Shown: positions 1 to 12,714 of the stretch, piece by piece
Position numbering within the stretch: position 1 is the stretch's first letter
Layout: each line of letters opens with the position of its first letter
NCBI RefSeq assembly: GCF_009834535.1
Contig: NC_045696.1
Coordinates: 6,636,001 to 6,700,000, forward strand
Source: Camelus ferus
Lineage: Eukaryota
Direction of reading: 5' to 3'
DNA: 64,000 bases
Made by a program: the position numbers and the translations under genes
The notes under the pieces: generated by a model
What the model was told of the DNA's origin: nothing
Seen by the model: only the letters and a program-made list of their open reading frames with translations
The model's database searches: none

Positions 1-34
1 AACGGCTTCTGTTTGCTTTAATGCTTTTAACAAG

Positions 35-73
35 GTGCGTGTGTGTGTTGTGTGTCTGTGTGTCTGCGTCTGT
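35..73. repeat. Imperfect (GT)n microsatellite
   Basis: gtgcgtgtgtgtgttgtgtgtctgtgtgtctgcgtctgt read directly. Confidence 0.75.
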
Positions 74-604
74 ATGTTCATTTTCTGGGTGAGGTTATCC
101 TATCTCCTCCGAAGCATTTCCCATCTCCTTGCTCTGAGCCTGCTTCTGTATTTCTCTGGATTACCAGCCACCCACCACCCCTTCATCATTACAGTTTCCA
201 GAAAAACCCCATCCTCCAAAAAGCCTAAAGAAGCATGGTTGTTTGGCAACACCAGGTGCTGCAAGGTGGAGACGTCATTCTCCACTACTTTACAGAAAAC
301 CAGAAAGCGTGAGCACCAGTTACCTTCTGGTTGAGCTCTTCAGTGAGCCGGACAACCCTGCTTTTTCCAAAGTCACAGCATGTTCACTAATTCACACAGA
401 AGGATGATTCCACATACCACGACGTGGGCTGATGGGTCAGGGGCATGAGTCTCTTGGGGGTTCCTAGGATGACAGAAAATGGAATCAAAGGATACTATAC
501 CACCTGGGTGAAGACACACCAGAAAATGTGGCCATCACAATGACACTTTCTGTGACATCCTGACAGAAATACTTAAGCTATCCCTTTAAACTTACCAAAC
601 TTAC

Positions 605-681
605 CTGGTCTTAACTTCCACCTTCTTAACCCTAGAAGCATGTTTCAGCTACTTTCTCCCCACCCCAACGTTCCAGTTTTC
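605..681 (-). other. Candidate 77-nt spliced exon (non-coding or 5' UTR)
   Basis: Minus strand reads gttctgctttctgtgctcttAG|GAAAAC...AGACCAG|GTAAGT: a pyrimidine-rich acceptor and a perfect donor. All three frames contain a stop. Splice motifs only, no expression data. Confidence 0.25.
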
Positions 682-1829
682 CTAAGAGCACAGAAAGCAG
701 AACTTTTTTTCTGGAAATCCAGATGAGAGAGATTTTCAGAACATAGCTGCAAAAATTATTGTAATTTCTTAAAGCCTGTTTGGGAAGGCAGTATTGCCAA
801 TACAGTCTTTGTTTCAATAAGATGATGAAAATCAGATGCAGAATTATTAAGCTTTTGAAAATGTCTAGCACCCATGGAAGATATTTGTGCAATGAGATAC
901 AATAGGAATTTTTACTGAAGGAGGCTTTGCAATTAAGTATGTGTATGCTAAATACGGGAACAAATGAGAACAGACAATAAAATGAGCTCCAAGGGAATAG
1001 CCAGGGCACGTCCCGAATGGACTCCTAGTGGGCTGGTATGGAGGTCTTGGCGTGGACGGCTTCATTACTCCAGAAGAACGTCCTTCATTCCCAAGGCTTA
1101 CAGCATTACTTTAGAGCAAGGAATTCATGGATCCACTGACATGGGCAAAAATAAGTCATATTTTCACCCTATTCAAGAATCTAGTGTCTATGACTCATTA
1201 AGTGGATCCTTATTATTCAATGGGTGAAAACCAAGACCCTGACTCAGGGCCCCCAGCTGTAGCCCCTCTGCTCCTGTTATCCCAATTCTTGTGGTATTTC
1301 CAATGTGCTTCGCTGCTTCCTCATTTCGTATCATCATTAAGACATACTTCCCTCTCCCTGAAGAATTCACCTCTCACTACTCTGAAAATTCATGTCTTTA
1401 ACTTTCTTTAAGGCTTACAGGAAAGAGGTTTCAAAAAGTATTCCTCTACCTTTCCTTTCAGAATTTAACAGTTCATTCTTTATTCACTGCCTCCAGCACT
1501 TGCAGAAATAATTTATAAAATACAATATTGATCAGTTTACTTTTTATTAGAAATTTCACCTTGATTTTGCTTATGCATATGTTTTACTATCCAGTAATTT
1601 CTTTGAAAGCAAAGTCTATGACTTTCTTTAAAAAAAATCACAGTGTCAAGTATAATCTGGAATCAGAATAGAGATTCCTAGCATGTTGACCATGACCCGC
1701 CAATCAACTCGAGTCTTGGCTGTTCCATCCTCAGGTTGACTTTCATGATCGGACTTCATTCTCATCACCACCCAAAGTTGCTTTAATATTAACTTTCTTT
1801 AAAAATCCCTTCCCTAAATTCTGCATCCC

Positions 1830-2560
1830 CTCTAATTCTACTCTGTTTCTCTGCCATTTTTATATTACATCACAGCTACTCCAAGGAGTTGGGTAAATTT
1901 CTACTTTCTCACTTTACGTTCTCTCTTCAACCTATTTCATTCAGGATTTTGGACACCACTCTGGTTAAAATCACCTGCAACTTCCAGCTGACCAAACCCA
2001 GTGTTAAATTCTCTTACTCCATCTTATTAGAATTCTTACCAGTCTTTGACACTGATGCTCATTCACTCCTCTTTCACTCGACTTTCAGAGGACTACATCT
2101 CTGGATTTTCTCACCTTCTCAGCTTCACTGACCTCATTTCGTCCTAACTCTTCACTATCTGCTTCTCTTCCTGACCTCTAAGCACTAAGTAGGCTAAGTA
2201 AGCTTGACTAGAATACTAAGCCATTCCTTTAAGCTTGCTTCAGGCCCCAGCTTCAAACTTCCTTATCCTGGAGCATTTCTCAGTTGCCATAATATCTGTT
2301 TCCTAAAAGCATGTAGGGATCTGTTCTTGGACCTCTTCTTTCTCCATCTATGCTTACCGTCTAAGTAATATTCTCCAGATGCCAGACCTTTAGTTACCAT
2401 CTGTATATTTATGGCTCCCCAATTCATATTTCTATCCTCAACATTTCCCCTGAATTCTAGACTTGTATATCCAGCTTGAGACTTCCTACTTGGATGTGTT
2501 TGTATCCACAGGGAAACTTATGACAAAACAATCTAAAAATGTTTCATTATGTGCCCCACC
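1830..2560 (+). mobile_element. L2 LINE fragment (decayed reverse transcriptase region)
   Basis: ORF 1889-2131 contains TTLVKITCNFQLTKPSVKFSYSILLEFLPVFDTDAHSLL, resembling the L2 RT segment TALVKVTNDL...SVLILLDLSAAFDTVDHSLL. Confidence 0.8.
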
Positions 2561-2589
2561 CTACCCCACCCCCAGCTTGTAAGGTCCAG

Positions 2590-3093
2590 TTCCTCTTCTT
2601 CTTTCCTGTGCTGTTTGGGCAATCAGCCTGAAAGACTGGGAACGTTATCTGCCAGCCTCATCTGCCTTTCAGTTTCCCGCTACAGCTGTGTTCTGCTAAT
2701 GACGTGCACTGGAGTGAGAGTTTGAAGGTAGAAGGGAAACAACATACTCTCCTTTCCTGGGCATTGATGTTAGACATGGGAGCTTTGGCAGACAAGTTTT
2801 TGCAGTGGCCTCTTGGTGGTCCATTGAGATTATTCCTCAGAGCTGTGGGATGGCTGCAACCATCACCACCAGTTTCTTGTAGTTTCCTAATCTCTGAGTG
2901 GAAGCAACAGCTCCTAAATTTACTGGACCAAGCAGAGGCCGCAGAACTGCATACAACTGGGTGCCTCCCCTAACTTGTGTTTCCTCAACTCTTTCAATGT
3001 TTCTGTAAGCACTCAATTCCCTATGTTAAACCTCTTTCTGTTTAAAACACCTGGAGTGGTTTCTTTCTTTCCTGCATGAACTCTCACTGATAT
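2590..3093 (+). mobile_element. Ancient ERVL-type solo LTR interrupting the L2
   Basis: 3' end caattccctatgttaaacctctttctgtttaaaacacctggagtggtttct...ctcactgata resembles old ERVL LTR termini; L2 sequence resumes after it; subfamily uncertain. Confidence 0.6.
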
Positions 3094-3099
3094 AGCTCC

Positions 3100-3770
3100 C
3101 CATCCTCTCAGCTCAGAACGCCACTTACCCAGTTGCAATGAACAAAAATTTAGGAGTCATCCTGACTCTTCATTTTTAACTTATGTCCCACATTCAATCC
3201 AGCAAAAATTCAGGCTGAATTTTTCTCCAAAATATATGCTGAATCCCACTCTTTCACACCCAGAGGATTCTCATTTTAATTATAAGATCCAAACCCCTTA
3301 CACTAGCCTACAAGATCCTGAGTGCTAACCCTTGCCCACCGAAATGAACTCTGTTCTTCCACCACCTCCCTGCTCCAGCTGTACTGGGCTCCTGGCTTTG
3401 TAATGAACGTGCCAAGGCAAGTCCCACCCACTGGGCATTTAATATCCCCTGTGCTTAGATTGCTTTTTCTATGGCTTGTCTCCCCACTTCATTCAGGTCT
3501 TCAAAAATCACTTCCTCAGATAAGTTTTCCCTGATCACCCCATCTAATGCCCCTCAGACACTCCTTTTCTGTCCCTTTACTGTTGACTCTTCTTTGTAAT
3601 ACTTGTTACTATTTGAAATTTTATTGTTTACCAAATTTCTTTGGGATTATCTATGTTTTCCATCAGAATGGTCATAAGATGGCTTGGTCAGCTGGTCCAC
3701 CACTGCGTCCCACTGCTTAGAATTACACCTAGTCCACAGTAGGCATTCTATAACAATTGATTGAATGCAT
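3100..3770 (+). mobile_element. L2 LINE 3' portion
   Basis: aaaaatttaggagtcatcctgactct, atccaaaccccttacactagcctacaag and the terminal cacagtaggcattctataacaattgattgaatg are typical of L2 3' ends. Confidence 0.75.
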
Positions 3771-5004
3771 AACTGTATTGCATTGCTCCTCTCTTCAGAG
3801 ACAAAGAGCCTTCCAAGAAGCACAGTTAGCTGATCTTCTCAGAATATTCTCTTCCTTAGCTAGCCACACTTATAAGACACTGAGGAAGTCAAAAGGAAAA
3901 TTCCAAGATTGCAAGATTGTCAAAGGACACAGACCACTTACTTAAATTTACCTAAACACTTGATGGGGATTCAGCAGAAAATAAGGAAAAGCTATTTTAA
4001 ATGTTCCTGAGAAGCATTTTCTCTGTGCATTTGTTTTTAGAAGTTGTTTAAACCATAGTGTGTCCATATATAACATTCGTAAATTGATTGACACAGCTTA
4101 CACTTCCATGGGAGGACTCCACCTAATGGATTGATCCTTGATAAGTGAATGTATAGCATGTGTCAAGATCGATGCTATGTGTTACTCGTGTAATGTAACG
4201 GGGAATGGAAAGTCAATGGAGAACAGAGAGCAAAGGAAAATTACAAGTTAAGTCATATAGGGATCTAATGGTTGATGAAACTTACTTGACTGCCAATTTT
4301 CTGCCTTGGTGGAATTATTTCTGAGGAGCCAACATTAGCAGGCAAGATTTGAAAGACATTGAGCAAGGAATTCAGAATGAAATGCAAGAGGCATGATCTC
4401 CAAGAGCTAGTAAATAACCACATATTTGCATTTTAACTACTCCCCACCACCACCACCAAGGGTGTAATTGCTTCCATATGAAAGCTCCTTGCTATCAGCC
4501 CCAGATGCTAAACCGTGTCTCTCTGCTTGGATACTGATGATCTCATAGCTCAGGGCTGTAGCTATTGGAGGAGCTGTACCATCTCTTAATAAGCCATGAT
4601 TATCTCTGCTAAGTAAGACAGAGAAGATGCTTCTTGCAGAAAGCATCAATCTAATGCCAAAAGAAGTGTTTACTCTGAGTAAGGAAGCAAAGTGAAGTTG
4701 ACTACATAATAGTAATCAATTATATGGATACGTGAATACCACCATTAATACAAATAAATACATACCATTAATAATAGTAATGTGAAAGTTATTAATTCTA
4801 TTTTCCAAGTACTTCATTTCTCCTCCTTCCGGGCATATAGTTGGTTTTTCTTCCTGCTTCCCTCAAGGCCCACTCGACTCCTTCAGTGTTTCCAGCCAAC
4901 AAATTCTAAGCAAGATTGATGTATTCATCCCTGCAGTGTAACCAGGTCTATCTTAACTGAGACAAGCAATTACTGGGTGCCAGAAACTTTGTATTAACAT
5001 TACT

Positions 5005-5165
5005 CATATTAACTCACTATTTCTCACAATAATTCCACGAGGTAGGTATTCTGTTATCTCCACCTTCCAGATGAGAAAACTGAGACTTAGGGTGGTTACG
5101 CGGTTTGCCCACAAAGCTCCCAAGTGGCAGAGTTCAGATGTAAACTCATAGAATCTGACTCCAGC
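5005..5165 (-). mobile_element. MIR SINE
   Basis: cagatgagaaaactgagacttag is the reverse complement of the MIR core. Confidence 0.8.
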
Positions 5166-5302
5166 AAGGAGGCTCTCAGACACTCCAGTAAGGAGATGGT
5201 CTTTTGCTGTGCGAGGGAGCAAGGTGAAGCCACACGTTTGAGGCAAAGCACATTTACAGGTGATGGTCAATGACTCAACCCTGGGCGTCCTGTAGTAGCT
5301 TT

Positions 5303-5552
5303 AAAATTTTTTGAATTTTATTTTTATTTTTTAATTTTTTAATTGAAGTATAGTCAGTTATAATGTGTCAGTTTCTGGCATACAGCATAATGTTTCAGTC
5401 ATATATATACATACATACATTTGTTTTCATATTCTTTGTCATTATAGGTTACTACAAGATACTGAATATAGTTCCCTGTGCTATACAGAAGAAATTTGTT
5501 TTTTTTAAATCTATTTATATATATAGTAGTTAATATTTGCAATACTCAAACA
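5303..5552 (-). mobile_element. 5'-truncated L1 3' UTR (cetartiodactyl type) with TSD
   Basis: T-rich tail followed by ttgaagtatagtcagtt...tgaatatagttccctgtgctatacag; flanked by the direct repeat tagtagcttt at 5293-5302 and 5553-5562. Confidence 0.85.
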
Positions 5553-5613
5553 TAGTAGCTTTTTATTTGAGTTAACAGGGATTTTTTTTAAAGTGTTATT
5601 TTATGAATGGAAT

Positions 5614-6096
5614 TGTATGAGTCAGGGTTTTCCTAATGGGGTATCTCTCTATACATCTACATAAAGATAGAGGTATCATTATATGGTAGATATCAGATAT
5701 AAAATATATCTGTACCTATATAAGTAGATACAGATAGATTCACATGTGTAGAGAGAGGCAAGGATACAGAGGCTGACAGACTGGGAAGAAAGAGAGAAAA
5801 GGGAGAGAGAGAGATGATAAGAAACTGCCTCAGGCAGATGTGAGGCTGGCAAGTCCCTGAGGTCCGTTTGGAGACCCAGAGAGCCAGTGGTGCAGGTGAC
5901 GTGTAAAAGCACCCTGCCAGAGAATTCTGTCTTTCTTGGTGAGGTCAGTGTTTTTTCTTCTATTCAAGTCTTCACCTGATTGTCGAGGCCCACACACATT
6001 GTGGACAGCAATCTGCCTACCTCAAAATTCACCAATTCAGATGTTAATCTCATCCAAAAATGCCCTCAGAGCTGACACATAAGATGAACCATCCCA
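5614..6096 (-). mobile_element. MLT2-family (ERVL) solo LTR, MLT2B-like
   Basis: Begins tgtatgagtcagggtt, contains gaggcccacacacattgtggacagcaatctgc and ends ctgacacataagatgaaccatccca, the reverse complement of MLT2 termini. Confidence 0.8.
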
Positions 6097-6974
6097 GGAA
6101 TGTAGGTCCCAGAGAGGATGGTTCAATAGTCCAGGGCTATGTGGCAAAGCCAACACCAGAGCTCAGATCCTCTGGCTGCCAGTCAGCATGACCACAGCAC
6201 CACTCCCTCTCCCCGTGAGGCCACAGGGGGCACCTGCCGCCCCAAGGGCAGGGGTAGGAGAGAACCGAGACAGTCCTGCTCCACCAGCACTGTCGTCACC
6301 TGGCGAGAGCAGTAAAGGAACTTCACTTCTTTTTTGTTGATTCTTTTGTAGGTTGAGGCTTCAACTCAGAGTATTTTGTAGATAGCAATGTTCTGTTATT
6401 TACTCTTTAGAAAGACGGCAAACCAGGAAGCACAAAACACGGCTCAAATTCAGGTTAGGCATATGATTTCCCCAAAGTGTAACATTTATGAGAGCTGTAT
6501 TTCGACCCCTCAATTAAGAAAGACTGAATCTAGTTCCTGATAAGGAGTAGGGGACAGACTACACTTAAGCTTATCTGAAAATTGCATTTTAATTGCTTCT
6601 TTCATTTTAGGAGTTCCTGGCTCCTTCCTGAATGATTCTCCCTGTTCCCCACCCCATGCCACACTTTGTGACATTAGCAGAGCATGTATCAAACCTTGTG
6701 CTTGGTGTGGTATTGACAATCAGCTCAGATGTTCAGAAACACATGATTTTGATCAAGGTTAAAGGCTTCGTTTCATTGTCTATACATGAAAGACACCGAT
6801 TTAGACCTGAGCTGGACAGGAAAACCCTCAGGGCACAGATTCTGTCTGTGCAATGATGATGCAACCAGGACATCTGTAAGAACTGAGAGGGTCGAGAAGT
6901 TTATCCAAAGTCAACCAACCTTTCCCTGACGAGCTCATCACCATGTTACTTGTATGCCAACAACTAGCTAGACG

Positions 6975-7170
6975 GAGTGCTTCCCAGGTGCAAAGCACTG
7001 CTGAGAACTTTCTAAGCATTGACCATGTTTTCTCATTCATCCCTGAGGCTGGTTTGACTATGCTCAGTTCACAGATGTGGCAAAAGAAGTGCAAAGAGGT
7101 GAAGTTGCCAGCTCAGTGTTACTCTACTGGTAAGTGTTGGAGCCGGAAACTGATTCTTACATCATCTAGA
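6975..7170 (-). mobile_element. Degenerate MIR SINE
   Basis: ttcacagatgtggcaaaagaagtgcaaagaggtgaagt...ggtaagtgttggagccgga resembles antisense MIR. Confidence 0.55.
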
Positions 7171-7171
7171 C

Positions 7172-7410
7172 TAGGAGCTTGCAAACGTTGTCTGCAGAGG
7201 GCCAGCTAGTAAAGACTCTAGATTTTGTGGGCAATATATTTTATGTTGCAACTGCTCAGCTCTGCTGCTGTAGCGTGAAGGCTGCTGGAGGAAAGTGGCA
7301 AATGAATGAGCATGGCTGTGTTCCAGCAAGACTTTTATGGACATTCATGCATCATACAAAACAAGCAACTGGCCAGATTAGCCCCGTGAGTGATAGTTTG
7401 CCAACCCCTG
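7172..7410 (-). mobile_element. MER58A-like hAT-Charlie MITE
   Basis: Internal aatgaatgagcatggctgtgttccagcaagactt; terminus tagtttgccaacccctg; degenerate 8-bp TSD atctagac/attaagac. Confidence 0.85.
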
Positions 7411-8685
7411 ATTAAGACCATCACAGAGTCTGGCTTGAGAGAGAATTGCAGAATGAATGTAAGACTTAGGCGTGAAACACATTACTTCTGCTAGCCTATC
7501 ATACAGCTGTAATCACCCAGTAACGACTGTAAAGAAAGATCGTTATGTCTACTTATAAGCGGGTTTAAGTGTCAGGAAACAGGCCGCTGGGATGTGGAGG
7601 TGGGTGCATGGAACAAAATGGCCTTGACCTTGACCAAGTTCTATGGGAAGATATTTGTGCTGCGAGTAGAACGGGATGAGGAAAATTACGTACCTTTCAG
7701 AATCTAAGTGTAGGACAACGCCCTGGGGAAGAGTTAATGTTCTTTCTGTTTTTATCTTTTTTCCTCTGTTTTAGCAAGACCGATAATGCAACATCACCTT
7801 GTCTTTTCCATAGCCAGGAGAGCAACCTTGAGGCACTGAAGGAGTTCAAAAGCGGGTGTAGCTGCCTGTGGGCCAGCAGAGGGGCAGCTCTACTTCCTGG
7901 GAAGAGGGGTCTCATCAGGCTGTTGGGATTGGGGGCCTGGGCTCTCTGGCAGCAGTTGGGGTGCAGGGGGAGACCTATAACCCATGAGTCGAGCACTAAA
8001 TCTGAGACCTCTGGAATCAAATCATGGTGCCCAATTAGCTGAGTTCAGCTCTGAGTGGCGTCACTCACCCTTCAAGGAGCACAGTGGTCTGGACAGGGAC
8101 CAAGAGCAGCAGCTGCCCAGGAGTCTTCCAGGTGGACAAGACCAGGGAGCCTGGACATCTTGCTGCCTTACGTCCTCAGCTCCCAGGACTCCCAGGTTCC
8201 CAAGAAGGATGGGAAGGCAACTGAGAAGTCAGCTCAAGGACTAGCTGCCCAAGAGCAGGGGCAGGGTGGGGACCGGTGGAGTGAGACCCCTGATATGGGG
8301 CCTGAGGAACCCTAGGCTCATCGACACTAATTCTGTTTACTGACGTTAGAAAACTAGCAACATGAGAAGAGAAAATCAAAGGTAATATGCATCTGAAAAA
8401 TTTTTAAATTGCTTATCATCTCTGCCTAATTACTAAGAAGCAATAATCATGATTACTTGCAATCACCAAGGGTCACATTTGCTTTCTGTTTGCTGTGCCA
8501 TTTATTCACAAGTCTACATCTCCGGGATGTGTGGTTGCAGCTCTGATGAACGGGGCTGTCTCCACACTTTTCTGCTATCTCTTTCTAATCATTCTTCAAA
8601 GATACAGTGTCTTCTCTTAACAAAGGAGACGACACTGCTCCCAGGAGGTGACTTTTCAGATCAGGCAGCAGCTCCTGGGTCTTTT

Positions 8686-9226
8686 GTCTGACTGGGTCTT
8701 CCAGGCCCCTGGACTATTAGCATGTCTTTGCATTCTGATGCTTTTCCATCTGGTGCCGTGCTAACCTGGAGAGATTGCCCCTCCCAGGGCTAGTCAACTC
8801 CTAGAGATAGTAAGCGATTCACCTGTAACCACACCTTCCATGTGCAAATCCAACCCAGAGCCCACACCCCAACCACCTCTCACACTCCAGGCCACTCTTC
8901 CTCTGCCCTAATCACTTAGCGGCCAGGTACTAGACAATTAGAGGCAACCTCTGCACCCCAGAGACCACTGAGAGTATTCAAAGGCGTCAATCCTCTGCTT
9001 GCCTCCCTGCCTCATTCATTCCTTCCCCACCAAAACCGCAATAAAGCCTCTCACCCATGTTTAATTCCCCTTCTCTCTGCCTCCTGAGTCACTCTGCTGC
9101 TTCCCCGAGTGGGCCTGTGTGGTGTGATATGCCCGCATCTCTCAGTAACTGGGAGGAAAAAACTATCTTTTCAGTGGCGCTCATCTCCTGATTGACTTTA
9201 CCTGAATAATAATCAAGCCTACATTT
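8686..9226 (+). mobile_element. ERVL-type solo LTR (MER54/MER73/MER74-like)
   Basis: ccctcccagggctagtcaactcctagagatag, cagagcccacaccccaaccacc, AATAAA near 9040 and terminal cctgaataataatcaagcctacattt. Confidence 0.65.
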
Positions 9227-9330
9227 TACATTTATTTATTTATTTATTTATTTAGTGGAGGCACTGGGGATTGAACCTAGGACCCTGTGCTACTCACACG
9301 CTCTACCACTGAGCTGTACCCCACCTTAAG
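9227..9330 (-). mobile_element. Camelid tRNA-derived SINE (vic-1-like)
   Basis: Reverse complement reads gggtacagctcagtggtagagcg...gggtcctaggttcaatccccagtgcctcc followed by a (TAAA)n tail; TSD gcctacattt at 9217-9226 and 9331-9340. Confidence 0.9.
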
Positions 9331-10149
9331 GCCTACATTTGAAAGTAGCCATGTCCCCATAGATTGTGCAGTCCCCGGCTCCTGGAAAAGCTTAAACTGA
9401 CACAAACCTTCATGTGTGAAAGAGTTTCCAGCACAAGTGTGTAAAGAATGGCACTGAAGAGGAGGCACTGGCTTTGGAATCAGGCTCTGGGGTTCAAATT
9501 CTGCCCCTTCTGCTGGAGACCCAGGTCTGATTCACTTTCCTCATCTGCAAAACAGAAGCTCAACCAGGACCCAACTCAAAGGGCTGAAAAAATGCATCAA
9601 AAGTGTGTGTCACATAATGAACACTCAAAACTATTGTTGTTGGTAACGTTATTCTTCCTCAATATTTGGTTACCTCAATTTTTTAACCAGTAGGTCAAAT
9701 CTCATTTGAATGAAGATGGTCGTTTTTCCTTTCCTTCAACTATTCTTTTAAACATCTGATTTGCATATGGTCATTAGTAAGGGCACAGACCTCCTCATTA
9801 ATTACTAAGGCTTCAAAACCTGTGGGTCAGAACTTGACTAAAGTATAACGCAGTGTTCCCTAAAGTTTAAAACTAGGGCACCCAAGAACACTTCTGCAAA
9901 CCCAGTTGAGAAAGCCAGGATTAAAAATTAAACACTGTCAGAAGAGGTGATTGCTTCATGCAGACAGATTCATAAACCCAAACACAAGGGGGGGCCCTGA
10001 AATATTGTAATGCAGGGGCCATTACCCAAATAATCTATAATGTGAATATAAATATATAAAGGTCGATAGAATCTAAATGATATAAAAGAGAAAAACCTTT
10101 TAAAAAAGACATTCCCCTGGGTCCCCAGGAAATGTAGTTAAACAGTAAG

Positions 10150-10408
10150 ATGGGGGGAGGGGTGAATCAGGAGTTTGTGATTAGCAGATACAAATTTCTA
10201 CATATAAAACAGATAAACAACAAGGTCCTACAGTGTAGCTCAGGGAACTATATTCAATTTCTTGCAATGACCTATAATGAAAAAGAATACGAAAAAGTGT
10301 GTGTATATATATATATAAAATGTATGACTGGGTCACTATGCTATATGCCAGAAACTAACGTAAGGTTGTAAATCAACTATACTTCAACAAACAAGCAAAA
10401 AATAAAAA
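10150..10408 (+). mobile_element. 5'-truncated L1 3' UTR (cetartiodactyl type)
   Basis: ggagtttgtgattagcagatacaa...aacaacaaggtcctacagtgtagctcagggaactatattcaa...gtaaatcaactatacttcaa plus an A-rich tail. Confidence 0.85.
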
Positions 10409-10619
10409 GTAATTTGAATCATGTTGTAAATTTGAAGAAATGCAGGGTGAAGTCTTCTTTACAAATATACAGTTTTCTTCTTGAAGCACAACTTTTACTA
10501 AAGTCAGCTTTCCAGTCCAAAGAGTGTACCTGGCTCCCAAATCATAAACTCTAGTCTCCGGCATGACAAGTCCCTAAGTGGATAAGGAGAAAGGATTTAG
10601 TGTCCCCTCAGTGAGACCA

Positions 10620-10782
10620 CCTGTGTCAGATTCATGGGTACATGACCTGTACCATCACCCAAAGAGCCCCATATGTGGTTTCATTATCTGCTGTCTCTGT
10701 CTTGAAAGTCTTACTGCTTTTTGAACAAAGTGCTTGCATTTCTGTTTTGCAATGGGTCCCTCACACTGTGCAGCCAGTCCTG
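10620..10782 (+). mobile_element. MER91A-like hAT-Tip100 MITE
   Basis: ttcatgggtacatgacctgtac...tctgctgtctctgtcttgaaagtctta...ttttgcaatgggtccc...gcagccagtcctg matches the recalled MER91A layout. Confidence 0.7.
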
Positions 10783-11838
10783 GAGACCCCCATTTACTGC
10801 CCCCTGGATAAAGGGTACTTCCCAGGCCGAGAGCAGACCTGGGAGGCTGCCTGGAGAATTGTGTGGCACCAACATGTCATCCTGTTGGGGGACTGGCTGT
10901 TCAGAAAAACACCCACTGGGAGAAATACAATGAGCACATTTAAATCATTGAAAATTTAGCAAGAATCAGCTTAGAAAAGACGAACCATCCTAATTCAACT
11001 GAAAATACCAGAACAGACAGAAAATGAAAAGCTTGTACTTTTTTCCCCCTAGGCCCTACCCTCCTGTTGCTCTCTCTTGTTCATCTTGGCATCTAATTCT
11101 TTATTCGGTAGCAAATTAATCTGGGTAGTGATCCCCATCGTAAGTGTTGTGTGCGGTCTAAAGGGCTGATTTTATTACACAAGGCCAATTTTTTGATACT
11201 CACAGCCTGGAAGGATGTAGAGCTGGCAGGCAGAAAATACTGCCTGTTCCGTACAAGGTCAGTAGTCCAGAGAACCAACGTCTCGTATCTAAACAAACAA
11301 CCCAGGTGAGGCCAGCCCAGCCTTTTCTCTTGGTCTTTGGCGTTGGAACCAGGGAACTGGATCACTCTGTCAGTGCTTGCCCAGACTGGGAACAGACGCA
11401 GAGATGGATGTTGTCTTCAGCACCTACCCGTCTCTTCTTTAGGGTCCTCTTCTCCTGCTGTGAGCTGTCTCTAACCCCAGGTCCCACTTCCTCAGGTGGT
11501 GCTTTTGGCTCTCTGATTCTCGCTTCCTCGGTGGGGTACCTGACTGCCCTTCCAACCTCTGCTTGTCAAGCCCTGCGTCTGCAGCCTCAGAGCTCTGACC
11601 TCCGCCACTTGTCACTAGAAAACAGGCAAACAGCACAAGTGATGACATTGCAATGGCGATCAAGGAACGTTTGCATCTCATAAAAGAGGAGACTCTTACC
11701 TGTGGAACTCTAACCCCCAGGGAGTGCTCCCAAATGTGGACATCGAGTTCTACTTCAAAAGTAGCATGGACATGATACGAGAGTAAGATGGGCTGGGAGA
11801 ATGGCTCTATTTTGTTTAAATGTTGAAAAAATGCCACA

Positions 11839-12714
11839 CAATTGACCCTTCAACAATGTAGGGGTTGGGGCGCCGATCCTCTGTGCTGTCAAAAATCATC
11901 CTGTAACTTATCACAGGCCCTCCCTGTCTGAGCTTCCTCCATATCCGCAGTTCCTTATTAGTGAATTCAACCGACTGAGGATCGTGTAGTACTGTAGTAG
12001 TTACTATTGAAAAATATCCTCACATAAACGGGAACCGTGTTGTTCAAGTGTTAGAGCAGGCAGATAGCTAGATATGAGCAGAGAAAGGGGGACACAGGCC
12101 AAATGGCAGGAACTGGGCAGAAAGGAGGGGCACAAACCAAATGCAGGAAACCATACATCATGTAAGCACCCGGGGTCCCTGGGCAGAGAAAAAAAAACAG
12201 AAACTTCTAGGCTGATAAGTGGTCACACCTTTTGGGGTGATAAGCGGCCCAGAGGCCAACAAAGAAAGGTGAGAAAAGGCAGGAATCCCCAGTGTCCAAA
12301 TGTAAACTTCTGCTCCTTACGCCCTCATTACAATAAAATTAGTCTTGCAGCTTAGAAGTGCCCATCATGCACCGACGCTGTAACACTTCTGATCCAGAGG
12401 ACAAAAAGGACAAAGATCCCTCCTCCCCCTCAGGAAGGTGGAGTTGGGCTGAAAATCAGGGAATACGACCCCAATCCCCCCCAAGAATATTCCGCCCATT
12501 CATTTTTACACCCCATGTCACCAACTTGCCAAAGAAACCCTGGGCAGCGGCTCACCTGAGCCTGCCCGCTCTCCCTTTCAGAGAGTGCTATCCATCCCTT
12601 AATAAATCCTCACTTTACTTTTGCTAACAACTGCATCTTGTCTCTGAATTCCTTCTGGGATGGGACAAGAACCCGGAAACCAGTTACATCCACCAGCAGC
12701 ACAAAGGTCAACTA
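11839..12714. mobile_element. Tigger2-like (TcMar) MITE split by an LTR
   Basis: Left TIR caattgacccttcaacaa at 11839; the right TIR gtgttgttcaag|ggtcaact is interrupted by the LTR at 12049-12701. Confidence 0.8.
12049..12701 (+). mobile_element. Well-preserved ERV1-class solo LTR (MER50-like 5' end)
   Basis: TG...CA termini, AATAAA at 12601, retained CpGs and a 4-bp TSD caag/caaa. Confidence 0.85.

Noticed and set aside
6219..6234. CTCF-like ggccacagggggcacc
   Set aside because: The 5' half of the core has several mismatches; too weak to call without a PWM score
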